A DNA stretch of 64,000 nt from Lama glama (lineage: Eukaryota): positions 33,978,001 to 34,042,000 of the forward strand of contig CM052816.1 in assembly GCA_028534125.1 (NCBI GenBank), read 5' to 3'. The notes under the pieces were generated by a model that saw only the letters and a program-made list of their open reading frames with translations, ran no database searches and was not told where the DNA came from. Each line of letters starts with the position of its first letter. Within the stretch, counting starts at the first letter, position 1. Shown in pieces: positions 14,009 through 27,680 of this stretch. Made by a program: the position numbers and the translations under genes.

Positions 14009-17000
14009 CCAGTTATGGATGAACTAATCTTTGGGTGCAACAGACATGAGTGGAGTAGGGCTATAGTTCAGTGACATCAAGACTGAGGCTAGGTCAGGCC
14101 TGCTTGAACAGTCCCTACTGTCTATTAGGTGTAACAGACAGACCAGCTTTGAAAAAAGTTGTTGAGGAACAAGTTTAACCCTAAGCTATGCGCTGAAAAA
14201 ATGGCTGTGGCTCACTGAACATTAACTGTGGGAAATGTTATTTCTCCCGTTTGCTTAATTCTCCGTCTAGTTACCAGTCCTGTAGCTCATCCCTTTTGGC
14301 ATTTCTCCACCTCCTCCCACTTCCAGGTCCACAGAGTGGAATTAATGCAATTAATGAATATTTGAGTATGTTGACGTCCTATAGGTAAAACGCAGAGACA
14401 TAATTTAAAGCCGACAGTCTGCCTCACCTTTTTCCACATTTTAAAGATCTTCTTGACTCAGGGTCATATCAGCAGTTCCTCATCAAGTATTCCTAGAAAT
14501 CTCCATTTTATGTTGTCCAAATAGCAACGTGTAAGATGGCAAGCAGGCGAACATTTAAGGACTCCTATGGAAGACAGGGCACATTTAAGAGGTAAAAAGA
14601 CAAGAAGTTTAAGATAATATGTTTCTTTATTGCCTTGGGGCACTAAAACATACTTATTTCCATGTGAAAATCTGAAAATTTACTAGTAAGGAGAAAATTG
14701 GAGCTTCTTTATTGATGAAGCATCTGCTACATCTCATGATCTATAATTTTTTTCCCAAAATATTTTTCCTCACTTGTGTTTTTAGCCTATAAAATTCTTT
14801 GAAATCAGGAGTTCTTTCTTTCATATGTTTAGAAACATATATTTTGCTCTGAATGACTTGCAGATTTGACTTCTTTCCTTTATAAATTTTTTCAAAAGAT
14901 AATTCATTACTTTGCTTCTGTGTATTGAATTTCTGGGGTTTTGCTTTAAGTGAGGGAGACATACTGTTGGATACATGCTCCTTTTTGCCTCTCAGTGTTT
15001 TTTTTTTAAATGAAAAAATCATTATGTTTCTTTACTATATCATAAAAGCTGCAACCAAAAAACCAGGCACAGAATACTTCTTCAAAGCACAGTTTTATCC
15101 TTTTCTCTGTCAGTAAGACTATCTTAAATTTACCTTAAGGCTGAGAATTCAGAACTCTAAATATCGAATTTTCAAAAACCAGTTGCCGCATCTATACTTC
15201 TTGGCTTCTGGGGTTTTCTTGTAAATGTATTTTCTAAGCTTATGCCTTGAATTTCTGAAAACTCATACACAACTGATTATTTGCACGCATACAAAGACTA
15301 GGGGAATATTAACTTAAAACTTTATCTCTGATTAGGATTAATTTGCTCAAAAAAATGCTATGTCAGAAAACTTGGTGTATAAGGCCAGCGCCTAGAAGAG
15401 AGCGCAGGTAGAACTATGAGAATGGACAGAGAATATCTGTTGCCATTCAGGCAGGACGTTTCACATAGCTGACTTCATAAACAGGGTGATTGTCCTGAAG
15501 GCTACTGCATCTCCTCTGCAGCCTCCTTTACAAAAGGAGCAAATTCCAAGGTAGTGGAACTAGGAGTAGCTACCATTTACTAAATGGAGACAAGATGGGA
15601 AAAGGTAGGCACCACATTCCATGAGATAAGGCTTTACTGGAGAGACTAATGGTGAGCAGAAAGAGGCATGCGGTCCCCATTTCTCATTATCTCATTGAGA
15701 GAGATGCTGAAATCTGAGGAAGCAACTGGGTAGTAAACTGGGGTTTGCATTTTGATGGACGACACACTGCCTGACTGCTATTCAACCTTCTTCTAATGTA
15801 AGGGTGAAAACTGCCTTTTCAAGGAAGAAATAAACATTTTGAGCTCAGTTGCCAAGTCATTTGAGGTTGAGCATCAGCTGGATGGGGAAGCTAGAAATAA
15901 ATGCCAGATGCTCAGGACTTGGAGCCCTTGGGAAGTTCCTACTAGTTGTAGTCAGAGGCCATTGGGCTCCTTGGAGAGCTGGGTTTACAAAATGGGAGAC
16001 TCTTCAGACTCCTAGTTCTAGCCAGCAGGTTGCCAGGCAAGTCAAGATGAATCTCCAGTGTTTGCCACCCTGCATGAGTGCATTTTATAGACAAGCACTA
16101 CACTTAGATGTAGATATGATTATTTTATCAACTTTATAGATTTTATGTATCTATAAAATCTGCCTTTTGTAGGTATTAATACTGACAGGTTTGGTAATTT
16201 GTCCAAGAGTTGATAGCCATTAAGTGCTAGTGTTTGAACTTGAATGCATTCTGACTCCAGAGTCCGCTGTGCTGATTTCTTTCCTCTCCTGTGAACTTCA
16301 TCTGATGGCTCAGCCTTGAGCAGTTGTTAAAAAACTTACCTTCAAGTCATAAAGAACCGGGTTTTTTTTAATAAGTATTGTTTTCAATTTTTGTATCGAT
16401 TTTGATTAAGAAACATTTTTTTTTCCTGAGCCCTGTATCTCTCTAGTTAGTATTGGAAATCTATATCAAGGAAGAGGCACTTTGCATTTAGTATGATTTT
16501 GGCTAAAGCCAATGGAGCAAAAAAATATAATATGTAACATATATATTTAAATATACATATATAATACAGAAAATATGTGTCTAATATATAAATAGATGTA
16601 TATATTACATATAAAATACACATATTATATGTTATATGTGTGCCTGTGTATATTTAGAAAGAGAAATTTTAAAAAAGAGTTCCAAAGGATTCTTAAATAA
16701 AATGCCTTAAACACACCTGTTTGTTCTGTTTCATGCAGGGAAAAAAGTTCATGCCTCCTTTACAGAATATCAAGTATGTTTATCTTATAGCTTTTTTGTC
16801 TGATTGATTTAGAGTAAGTGACTTAACTTCTTTGAGCCTTAGGCTAATCTTGAAAAATGTAAAAGTCGTACATCCCTCTCAGTCCTGAGGTTAGAGTCAA
16901 AAAATGTAAGTAAGGAGCCTGGACACGTTAGTTCCTTTTCCTTTTGTTCTATAATTTAGTAGATTTTCTAAAATATTTATTTTCTTCACAGTATAATATT

Positions 17001-18849
17001 TATTTCTTAACTTAATAAAGTCGTGATAAATAATAAACGGAAAATTTACATTTTTGTGCCCCATTTTTTCCTTTTTTGTTTTAAGTCATGATTGCTACTA
17101 GCAGCATTTCAAAAAGAACATACACTTTCATGATGATTTCCTTCTTGGTTATGTTTTCTTCCCTTCTTGTTTCTAGTTATTGAATTAGAGTGCAATTCAG
17201 TCCTGGTTCTATGTCATGCATGTATTTCAAGGGTGTGGTGTCCTGACCCATTATGGAAGAGTAAAGCTTGGAATGTTGATTGTTAACATGGCTCATCATA
17301 ATTTTCACTTGAAGAGAGAGAGAAAGCCTGATTGAATCTTCAGAGATGGGCTCCTATTTTTGGAACCTTTGTGAAATATTCTATTATTAAAATGTTGGTT
17401 AGATAATCATTGGTTAGATCAGTCATTTAACATGTTAAAACTTCTAGAAGTTGAAGTGGTACTGGAAGTGAAGTCCAATTGCCAGTGAGAGAACTGTGCT
17501 TAATATACACCCACCTCCAGTATGCGACTTAGTTTATGTGTGGTCAGTCCTCATCTTTCTTAATATTGTCTCCTTTCCTCTCCTGCCTTTCCAGTAGAGT
17601 CTTGGTCTGAACAGGAATTTTAGGTGTCATCAATGGGGCCATAGCTTAAGCTGCCACTTTCAGTGCAGTGGCTTTATGCTTATAAGACAGGTGTCCGGCT
17701 TCAATACAATCATGAACCCTAGGAGTTCTCTACTCACAGTAAATAGCATGATGCAGAATCTTAAAAATGGCACAGGTTTTAAAATGAATGGAGTAAGATG
17801 TAAAAACATTCTATGTTTCGAATACAGATCAACTAGAATCAGAATGACAGCTCTACGGGAAGGCAAAAGTTGTGCAACAGAAAACAAAAACAAAATCTCC
17901 ATTTTTTTGTGTGTTTTGTATTTCATATTCACTTTGCTGTTTCAAAGAAAAGAGCAGTGTTGTTCGGCTTGTGATGAAATGCACTTGCAGTGGTTGACAA
18001 GTGTTTATTACCTGCCTTGATTAGAATGTAAACTGGATATGACATTAATCAAATTGAAATCGTCTCCCCACTTTCTAGGTTCTCAGAAAATATGAAGTCA
18101 ATCAGTTAAAGGGCTTAATCTCTCCCTATTTCTAAATGTCTCCTTGATAGGATCAAGTACTTGATCAGGCGAATGAATCTGAAAACCTTAGTACCCAGGG
18201 CAGGTGCTTTTTGTCCACCTGTCAGAGCAAAAGTTGCTCCCCAACTAACCAGGCCTTCCTGGGCTGTCTCTTAGTATGGATTTAAAAGGTAGAGAGAAAA
18301 CAACTCCTAGTACAGGCAGTGTATTCCTTCAGTAAGCATTAACTATACACCTCTCTTTGCAGGCACTGTGTTAGGCACAAGGAATACAAAGACAAGTAAA
18401 CCATGCTTAAAACTGTAATTAACTATCTCTTGCTCTGAACTGCTGCTTGTGCCCCTAGAATATCAATTTTCCACCATGAAGACATTTGGGGCTCTGCACC
18501 CATAGTTTTCTGTTTTTTCATATATTCATTTATTCAATACAATTTAATGCCTGACCTATTTTAGGCGTTTAATAAATGATTATTGAATTACTAATGCTAA
18601 GCAGAGGGGCACAGGGTGTGCAAAGCTCCCCCTGGTGAAATAAATCATGAAACATTTGAGGAGCTACGAGAATAGTGGTGTAGCTGGGTCACTTCCCACA
18701 GGGGGAATGAAGCTGGAGAATTGGTCAGAGTTTTCAACTTTATCTTAGAAGCCACAAGAAGGCATTGAATGTGTGTTATGTGGTGGAGTGAGGACTGGTG
18801 ATTGTGTGTTTATGTGTTGGAGGTTGTGATATGATCATGGTTGTGATGA

Positions 18850-19020
18850 ACTTTGGGTAAGTCACTTAACTGCTCAAAATCTTAAATGTCTTTGTCTATA
18901 AAATGGGGTAATGATGGCAGTTTTCTTGTTGGGTGCTTATGAGAAATCAATGGAGCAGTCAACTAAAAGTATTTATTATGGTACCTGGCACAGAGTAAGC
19001 ACAAAAGTGTTTATTATTAT
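18850..19020 (+). mobile_element. MIR SINE
   Basis: ttgggtaagtcacttaac...tctataaaatggggtaatg...cctggcacagagtaagcac follows the MIR core and 3' end. Confidence 0.8.
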
Positions 19021-19179
19021 TGTATTAATAAACATATGGTAGTATAATTATACATGTTATATAATAAATATGTTGCTGTATTATTGATCAATATAATACT
19101 TTAATTATTATTATATATCATGATTTTCACCATCAGTTGCCATCGCTGACTTCGTTCTGTTGGGAAAGCACATAGAATG

Positions 19180-19700
19180 CGATTGCAATATAGATGTGCA
19201 AGATTGGCAGCAACAGAAGTGGAAAGGAGGCAGATGGATTTGCGTAAGATTTGGAAGGAGAAGCAATAGAATTTGTTGATGATTAGACTGGAGACAGTGA
19301 CAGGAGGTGTGGAGAGGAAAATGTCTTTTCCAGGTTGAGCAATTTGTCCAAGAGTGGTGTGATTCACTGACACATGGAGTGATCAGGGAGAATAAAGTGT
19401 GGTTGGGGGTAGGGGCAGATGCTGAATTTGAAGTAGTGCTGTGAGTTCTTTAAGTGGAGAGGTCAAGTAGGCAGTGAGTTTCACAGCTGTGTTATTCAGG
19501 AACAAAGTCTAGGCTCAGTCACTGAACGAAAGTGATGACTAATGTCATGGGCATAAGCAACACTGCTTTGGTAAAGCACTTCACATGAGATGAGAGGCAG
19601 ACCTGGGGTGGCATTTTAAGGAATACCACCATTTAGTTTCTGGAAGGAAAAGGATAATAGTAAAATAAACAACAAACCAAACCTTAGGTATAGCCAGAGC
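19180..19700 (-). mobile_element. L2 LINE remnant
   Basis: Purine-rich decayed antisense L2 phrases (gatggatttg..gatttggaaggag; ggagaggtcaagtaggcagt); related pieces at ~18330-18800. Confidence 0.65.
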
Positions 19701-22700
19701 GGTTGGAGAAAATCCAGAATTTATAACAACTTGAGAAAAATTTATGAAAAATTGTGATATACTAATTACTATACAGTATACTTAAAAAAATTTTGAGTAT
19801 ATGGAGCTGTTGATTTCAAGGATCGATAAGGGAGAATTTCCAAAATAATCTACCCACGCAGTGACAGAGTCTCCCTCTTTGAGAACCTCTGAGCAGCACT
19901 TTCTGCTCACTACACAACCAATGTAAATGCAGGCGAGAAAAGAACTGCGGAGTTGTTTATATATGATGTAACTTCCAAAGACCTTGCAATCCCCACCTAA
20001 TGAAAAAAAAAGTGAAGTGCCAAACCAATGCACGGAGCTTTCTAAGCTCGTAGACAAGATGCATTGGTCAGGAAGGGCAGTAATACAGTCTATAATACGT
20101 GTATCTGTGTACACACAGCAGAAATGGATTTCTGTCTGCTAATGAAATATTTGCATGTATCAAAATACCAAAAATTATGAAGGTAGATTACCACTTAGAA
20201 GAAAATCTTAGTGGACTTTCTGTTTACTTCATAGGCTTACAGGCTTTTTCAAATTTTTGTGTCTTTCCAATTTTTTTTAAAGATAAGATGCGTGAATGCT
20301 ATACTTACGTCATTAGCAACAGCACAGTGTGTCTTTTCTCTCGGTTTATCCAATAAACAATGCTCAAAGATATACAATTAGGAGATTCAGTTCTCCCCAT
20401 ACACTTTTAGGTCCCACATTTCATGTCCTCCGTTTTCACTGGAGAAGGTGAAACTCAGCCCAAACAAGTTAACCAGACTGTGAAAGTGTTCATGCCAAGG
20501 ACTGCAGTGAAATGAGAGGCCTCCGAATAGGCCCCCGCTGTCCTGCAGTGTGGGACCCTCGGGGGGGAGAGCCGTGACTGCAAGGAGGGCATGATGCAGG
20601 ATTCAATTAGGAGAATGAGAGATGGTGCCATGAATGTGTGAAAACTGTGTGACACATCTGTTGCATGCATGTCTTCATTATCTCCAAACTGCCTTGCTGC
20701 TACGTTTGTAGAATTCCTGTCTTTGTTTATAAATTGGGTGTGTGCTGCATATGTTTTTCTTCCCTAAACTTAATTTTCACCTTATAAATTCCCTTTCCGT
20801 TTCTTTTTTCTTTCATCTTCCACTTCCTTCTTAAAAGGGTACATCTATAGCCAACACTAATCATGCCTCCTATCTTTAATAAATTGTCAGATCCATTTGT
20901 CATTCCAAACAGCTCCCACTTTTGAAGCCAGCTCTGTCACTGTAATATAAGATCAGTAATTGCTAAGCATCCATCATACCTGAAGTGATAACGTCACTAA
21001 ATTCTCTGCTATAGTTCACTAACTTGAGTCTTGTCGAGCTGGAACTAATGTCGAATGGTCCCCTTTCTGTTTCTATTTTTTGTTTTTTCCTTAACTACAT
21101 CAAGCTAGTTAAAGGAAAAAGCCTATCTTTAACATTGTAATTTTACTAAACCATTTATACAAGCAAACCAGTATTGTCACCCAGCTGGCTGACAGATCAA
21201 TCACCATAGTGACATCTAGCATGGAGAGCTTGTGATAAGTGAATCATAGGAAAAAAAATGTCGCATGTAATACTTTCACCAGCTTCTATTCTTGCTGAAC
21301 TATAAATAGCACAGGTGGCAGCCAGCAGTGAGGTTCAGGAGCCCCCCACTAAAGGCCAAGCATTTAGAAAAGATTTGACATACTCATCCTCACAAATTCC
21401 CAAATGCCTCTGGGTCTTTCTCTTATAATGTTCACCCTCTGTTCACAGATAAAATATGGGAAGGACAGTAAACAGTGAATTCCATTTGGAACTCAGACAG
21501 CGCACCTGACAGCACCAGATCTGGTTGGAAGAGAGGAGCTGGGACGGGACACATGGGCTCAGACAGGGTCATTCATCCCCCCTGGGAACAGGGTCCAGCA
21601 CCTCTTTTTAAATATCTGCATCTTATTGGCCTCTGAGGCATTTTAGTCACATGTAATTTGGATTAACCCAGGCTGCCTGCTTCCCAGCTTTATTTCCAGC
21701 ATCTCAGTGGATCACAGCAGGGGCGGTGCAGGTGGAGGAGGTGCGGGAGCAGTGGCAGAAGCAGCTGAACGGGCCTGGGCGTCTCGAGTCTACCAGCAAG
21801 GCGCTGTGCTTCCTTTCAGAAGCTCCCAACACCTCTCAGTTCCCCCCAGCTGTCCTCAGTCATCACAGAGCACTTTGCTGTCACACAGACGTCTAAACAC
21901 AGCTAGCCAAAAGATCAACCACATGTTAAGCATACTATATCGAGCAGGGAGAGGATGTGACACGTGCATGGAGAAAAAAGAAAAAGTCGAAAAAAAAAGT
22001 TCCCTCTTCCCCCTCTCCTGCTCCATTCAAACTACTCTATTGATAATCCCAACGCCAGGAAAATCTCTAAATTCGTGATGCTAGATTATCCATCGGCACT
22101 GGCCCAGGTTGGAGTGGTGAGCAGTAGTGTTACTGTAAATCCTTTCACTCCTGCTCAGGAAGCAGTCCCTTTAGCCTTCTGTTTCAGAGTTTGGTTGCCA
22201 CTAGGTCAGACATACTCAGGAGTAAAAGTGATAGGTCCGCAGGTGCGGGTCACTTGGCTGGAAGATATGAAAGAGCAGCATATAATTATTTGGGGGGGAG
22301 GATATATAGACAGTACACTCTATGTTTAGGAAAGAATATACTTAAATAAATGGAAGCGCTAAAAGAGCTCTCAAGAAGGCACTTTCATTCTCCCCTTTAG
22401 ACAGTCAGGGATGCCTCTAACCTAACGGTGACTCGGGTCGTCAGAAATGGAGATTGTTCTGTGTTCACGTGCTCTGTTGCTGAGCAAGCCTCACTGTCAG
22501 AAAGCCGTTCCGTATCTCTCCCTTTTAATTGTGGCTCTGTGTTACTGCATGAATGAGAATTGGACAAGAGGGCAGTGAATTTGATTGACGCTGACAGCCA
22601 AAGTGGGCAGTTCAGACCCCTGAACTTCCCTTTAGGACAAGAATGATCCTATTTGCTGTCTTGGTGAGTCACAACAGAGGGGTAACCCGCATACTTTCCC

Positions 22701-23799
22701 TCCAGTGTGTGGACAGTCACCGTTAATACTGCTTTCTTAGCCCACTTGTGTTTAGATTCTATCGGCAACTAAAATGATGAGGGGTAAAACTGATCATAAA
22801 ATATATTATTATTTTCAAGTTTAAGTCGATATTTTAAATAACTAGGCAGCAATCTGAGGGAAAAACAGGCTTGTACCAGAACCAAAACCACCACCACCAC
22901 AACAACAATATAAGGTTGGTGAGAAAAAATTGGTCAATTTAATATCCACTGGTGTCTGTAAGGTGTGATAGAAAGTACACTTCTAGTCCTTTTGTGTAAC
23001 TGGGACCACAACAAGTTACTATGGTTGGCACTGTTTTGGGAGAAAACAAGTTACCGTTAGGGAGTCATTGAGGGCGAAACTAGCCCAGGACAAAAAAACA
23101 TCTTCTGTATTTTAATGATAAGGACACTCAAGTCTGATTTGATCATGCAAGTAGGCAGCATTGTCGCACCAGGTCCTTCCACCTCTCATTTTTAGGTTCC
23201 TCATTATCACTTCCCTCCCCCTGCTCAAACACTTTACTGGAATAACAAAGAGAATGGTTTTTCGGTAATTACGTGACTCTAAGCATGCCTGTTTGAGAGC
23301 ATCTGGGTGTACCACAGACCTATTGTTTCTTCCATATTTGAAAAGCTTCCATAGTTTTCATAGAGAGAATTTTCAACTCTAATGGTTGAAATAGACTCTT
23401 TTTCTAAGGGCACATGGACAGAAAGTGACTAAAATTTTCTTAAGTTTCTTGAGGTAAAATCTTTGGAAATTCTTGAATGAAAATTAGTGTCTACTCATAT
23501 TTATGTGGCAGTTTTTCTATTGTCTTCAATGGTACAGCTGTGTTCTCCCCTACCCCGGCATCAACATCTCTTTTTGAAAGTCCAGCATTTTAAACTTACA
23601 AGGAAGCATTTTTCTTCTGCTCAAAAATCTGCATTAAAATGTGCTATTTTTTTTTTTCTGATTGGTCTTCTGTAGCTCTGCATCTCAAAGGAGAGTTTTA
23701 ATAGAGGATAGTAAACTGTACATATAAGATGAAAACTAGTCTAAAAGTCCACAACAATTAAAATGGCACCGTCTAAAGTCACTTTTATATCTTGCCTTG

Positions 23800-24060
23800 T
23801 GAAAGAGTATAGGCAGAGGGCGCGGTGAGCGCAAAACCCAGAGAAAGGAAAGGACTCACCAGGTGTGGTAACTAAAGGTGGTCAGTGTGGCTGCAGAGTA
23901 GTGAGTTCGGGGACAGTGGGAGGAGGTGAAGTTGTCATTGAGGCCAGACCTTACAGGGCTGTAAGTCCAGATAAGGAATTTCAGTTTTATGCTAGTGCAA
24001 AGGAGAGTCATTGGAAGGTTTTAAACAGAGGAGTAACAAAGCCAGTTTACTCTGAGAACA
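23800..24060 (-). mobile_element. L2 LINE remnant
   Basis: ggccagacc..cagggctgtaag..ataaggaatttcagttttat..gagtcattggaaggttttaaacag. Confidence 0.7.
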
Positions 24061-27000
24061 GATTATGGTCTGAAGGCGAAGGCTGAATTAAACTGACATT
24101 TCTCCTGCTCCTTTTATCTTCTTTTCAAGGTTTATAACTGGTCTTGAAAACGACTTAGGTTTATACTCAATGTCTATTGAAAATTCCATTGTTGGGACCT
24201 ATTCTTCCCAATCACTGACTAGGATTTCAGCTTGCATGTATAGCTGTATTCTTCGGCTGTGGTTTCAGCCCCTGGTGACTGCAGAAATTCACTGGTGTAA
24301 ACCATTTCTGGCCTGATGAGGGCAACATTTGATCAATTCATTCAGTGGAATTGGAATAACGATAAGAATAGAATAGTATTTATGAAACGATCTGATATTT
24401 TTAAATTATGATAAACCTGAAAGGTCAGACTCTGGAAATTGGTCTTTAATTTTAGGTATTTTGCTTTAATGTAGATATTTGCATGCATTTAATTTGTTTA
24501 AAAATCATACATGTACACACTCTGTAGGGAGTTTATAGCAAAAGCAAAATAAAACACACATATATATACATACACACAAACCAAAAAAAATTGGAAATAA
24601 TTTACGTCCTAGACCCTTTTATGTGTTTCTACCTGTGATGCTCGCCATGCTGACAGTGACATTACATCGTGCACTGCTGTGGCAGTCATCTCTTCTGTAT
24701 CACAACATTTCAAGCAATAAGCAAGGAAAATTCCTATTTTGATAGTGATTTCGCTTCAAAAGGTTATTTTATATTATACTTTTTATACTTCAGCTCTCAG
24801 ACTATTCTACTAGCTGTAGAATAATTCAGTACACCTCTGTTAAAAACAGAACTCAATTAAACAAAATTTACTTCCCTACAACAGTCTCAGTGCAGATTAG
24901 ACCTAAGCCAGTTGGTTAAATATGGTAGCTCTCTTTTCCCATCCTGATGGTGCTCATTTCCCACAACCACCTCTTAGGTATTTTGTTAGCTCCAACCAGT
25001 GATTTTTAAGATGTTAGTTTACAATGTCTTATGGGGCTTTTTCTTTCCAACAGTTACTGAAAATTTCATGGAGATCTCTTGAAGGCCCCAAAGCTATTGA
25101 CCCTACAGAATGAATTTTTAATGGGGAAAATTCCAGGAATAGAGCCAAGTCATGCAGGGCTGTTAGTGATCTGGAAGGCCTTTCTTTCCCTAAATTACAT
25201 CCACCATGAGAATTCCTATGCTACATTCATCCTAAGGCTACACCTGCCTGAAATAAACTTCTCTCTGGAAAGTTATCCTATAACTTTGTAATGGAGGCAC
25301 TCAAAAGTTTTTGTCCTTGATTATACTTAAAATGTCTTCATAATTCCCTCTTCAGGGTTCTGTAACATCGCAAGGATAAAGGAGTACAGTGGATAATTAT
25401 ACTAAGACTAATTAGTATTTACATTCTGCTTTTCTCTCGCAATACCTTTACAAACAGAAGCTAATTAATAGATTAGATGTCAATATTTTATCTTCAAAGA
25501 GTTTAATGCTTTAATTATGATTTATTTTTAGCTCAAGTGCTTCTTCAGCATTTTTATTTGAGGCAGCAGAGGACAACAGAAGGTAGTTATTTTTCTTTTC
25601 TGTTCCATTGTAAGCAAGTAAAAGGTGTTTGGGGTGACTTATCACACCCATTTGTGCATTTGAGACCCTGGAAACAGTGGGAAGAATGTCTCCTTCTTTA
25701 GGGGGAATGAAGTAGGGTACAATGAGTAAATTTATTCCAGAAGTAAAATGCATATTTCTATAAAACAGATGAAGAAAGATTTGCAAACAAAGCACACATT
25801 CCGTATCTTGCATTTTGACCAGTTGATAAGGATTTAGAAAAGTGGTCAAAGTTTTTTGCACTGTGAAAGAACTATTTATATGTCTAGAAATCCTTACATT
25901 GTCACAGCATCATTTATCTGGAAGTTTCAGCTCTGCATGTGGCCTTTTCAGCCCCTTGATGGGGCTTGAGTCTGCTGTCCTCAAGGTTAAATATAGTTTG
26001 TACTCTAGCCTACCGTTTGTCCTTCGAAGTACTCTTTGTGCCTATTTGGTGTCATAATCCCTTAGTTGTTGCGTTTTTCTTAGATTATTGTCTATTTTCT
26101 CTTTTATTTTTCCTTCCTTCTGTTTACTTTGTCTCCTTTTTTTTTTTTTAGCCTTTTAAGGTGAAAACTTCGATCCTTGATTTTAAAAACTCTTTTCCAA
26201 GAAATGTCTTAAAAGCTACAAATTTCCTCTATATTTGTGTTTGAGATGAGGTGTTATGTTTTTATTATAACTTACTGCAAAGTATTTTCTTCTTGTTCTT
26301 GTGACTTCTTCTTTGAATCATGGGTATTTAGAACTATGCTTTTTAATTTCCAAATATGTGGAGAGTTTATAACTATCATTTTTATTCATATAAAATTTAA
26401 TTCCATTGTTAACAGAGGTCACACTTTGTAAAATTTAAATTTTTAAAAATTTAATGAGACTTGGTTGAGCACTTGATCCATATTAGAGAATGCTCCAGGT
26501 GCACTTGTAACTAGTAGAAATTTTGCAGTTGTGTGTAGTGTTCTATAAATCACAAATTTGCTCAAAGACGTTGTAGTATAATTAGAATCTTCCTTTTCTT
26601 TACTAAATTTTTCACTATCTTTTTAGTTCTATCTGTTGAGAGAGGGGTGTAAAGACCTCCAAGTATACTTGATGATTTGGCTATATCACCATTTTATTGT
26701 AAAAGTTTGCTTTACGTTGATTGAATCTGCTGTTAAGCATACACACATTCATCATTTTAATGTTTCCTGAGGAATTGACCCTTTTAATACTATGAAATAT
26801 CCCTCTTTACTTCTGGTTAATTACCCTTGTCTGAAAATCTACACTGATATTATCATATCACATTATTTTCTTTTAGGGCTTACCTTTTTCATGATTTATG
26901 TGTCTGTATTTTCCCTGCTCCTTTCCTTTTACCTTATCTGTTTTTTAACTTAAAATATCTCTCTCATATACAACATATGGTTAGGTCCTTTTTTAAAAAA

Positions 27001-27064
27001 AATTCTAGTTCAACATTCTTTGTCTTTTAATTGGAATCTTTAAACCATTTAAGTTTAATGCAGT

Positions 27065-27224
27065 GGGGAGGGTATAGCTCAGTGGTAGAGTGCATGCTTA
27101 GCATGCACGAGGTCCTGGGTTCAATCCCCAGTACCTCCATTAAAAATAAATTAACCTAATTACCTTCCCCACAAAAGTAAAACAAAAAAATAAAATAAAG
27201 ACATTTAAAAAACTACATAAAAAT
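27065..27224 (+). mobile_element. tRNA-derived SINE, camelid Vic-1 type
   Basis: ggggagggtatagctcagtggtagag (A box)...gggttcaatccc (B box), aacctaattacc motif, A-rich tail, imperfect TSD aagtttaatgca / aaatttaatgta. Confidence 0.92.
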
Positions 27225-27548
27225 AAATTTAATGTAAAATATTGATATGGTTAGATTTAAAGCTACAAATTTTTTGTTTCTTATGTGTTACATCTTGCCC
27301 TCCCCTTTTCTGGTCTTCCTTTCCTGCCTTATTTTGGGTTAATGACATATGTTTTATTATTCCACTTTATACCATCTATTGGCCTTTTTGGGTCTCACTC
27401 CGTATTTTATTTCACATTGTTTAGTGGTTGTTTAAGGTATAATATGCCTCTTCAGTGTATCGGTGTCTCCTTAGTACTGTACCCCTTCATGTAGGATGGA
27501 GGGACATTTTAGAGGCCCTGGATTCTGGCAACTTCCTCTGAAGAGTTT

Positions 27549-27680
27549 GTTTGTTTGTTTGTTTATTTATTTGGGGTTAATTAGGTGTATTTATTTATTT
27601 TTACAGGAGTTACTGGGGATTGAACCCAGGCCCTTGTGCATGCTAAGCATATGCTCTACCACTTGAGCTATACCCTCCCC
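27549..27680 (-). mobile_element. tRNA-derived SINE, camelid Vic-1 type
   Basis: Reverse complement of the 27065 element; TSD tctgaagagttt / tctaagagttt. Confidence 0.92.

Noticed and set aside
16133..16161. Short AT-rich overlapping palindromes
   Set aside because: 9-bp arms in AT-rich DNA are expected by chance; too short for a miRNA or MITE
21707..22329. Two overlapping ~120-aa ORFs in the GC-richer block
   Set aside because: Non-ATG or weak starts, no recognisable domain, no convincing exon structure
27065..27140. tRNA-Ala-like gene
   Set aside because: Followed by SINE body, A-rich tail and TSD, with related copies at 27549 and 41739; it is a SINE head
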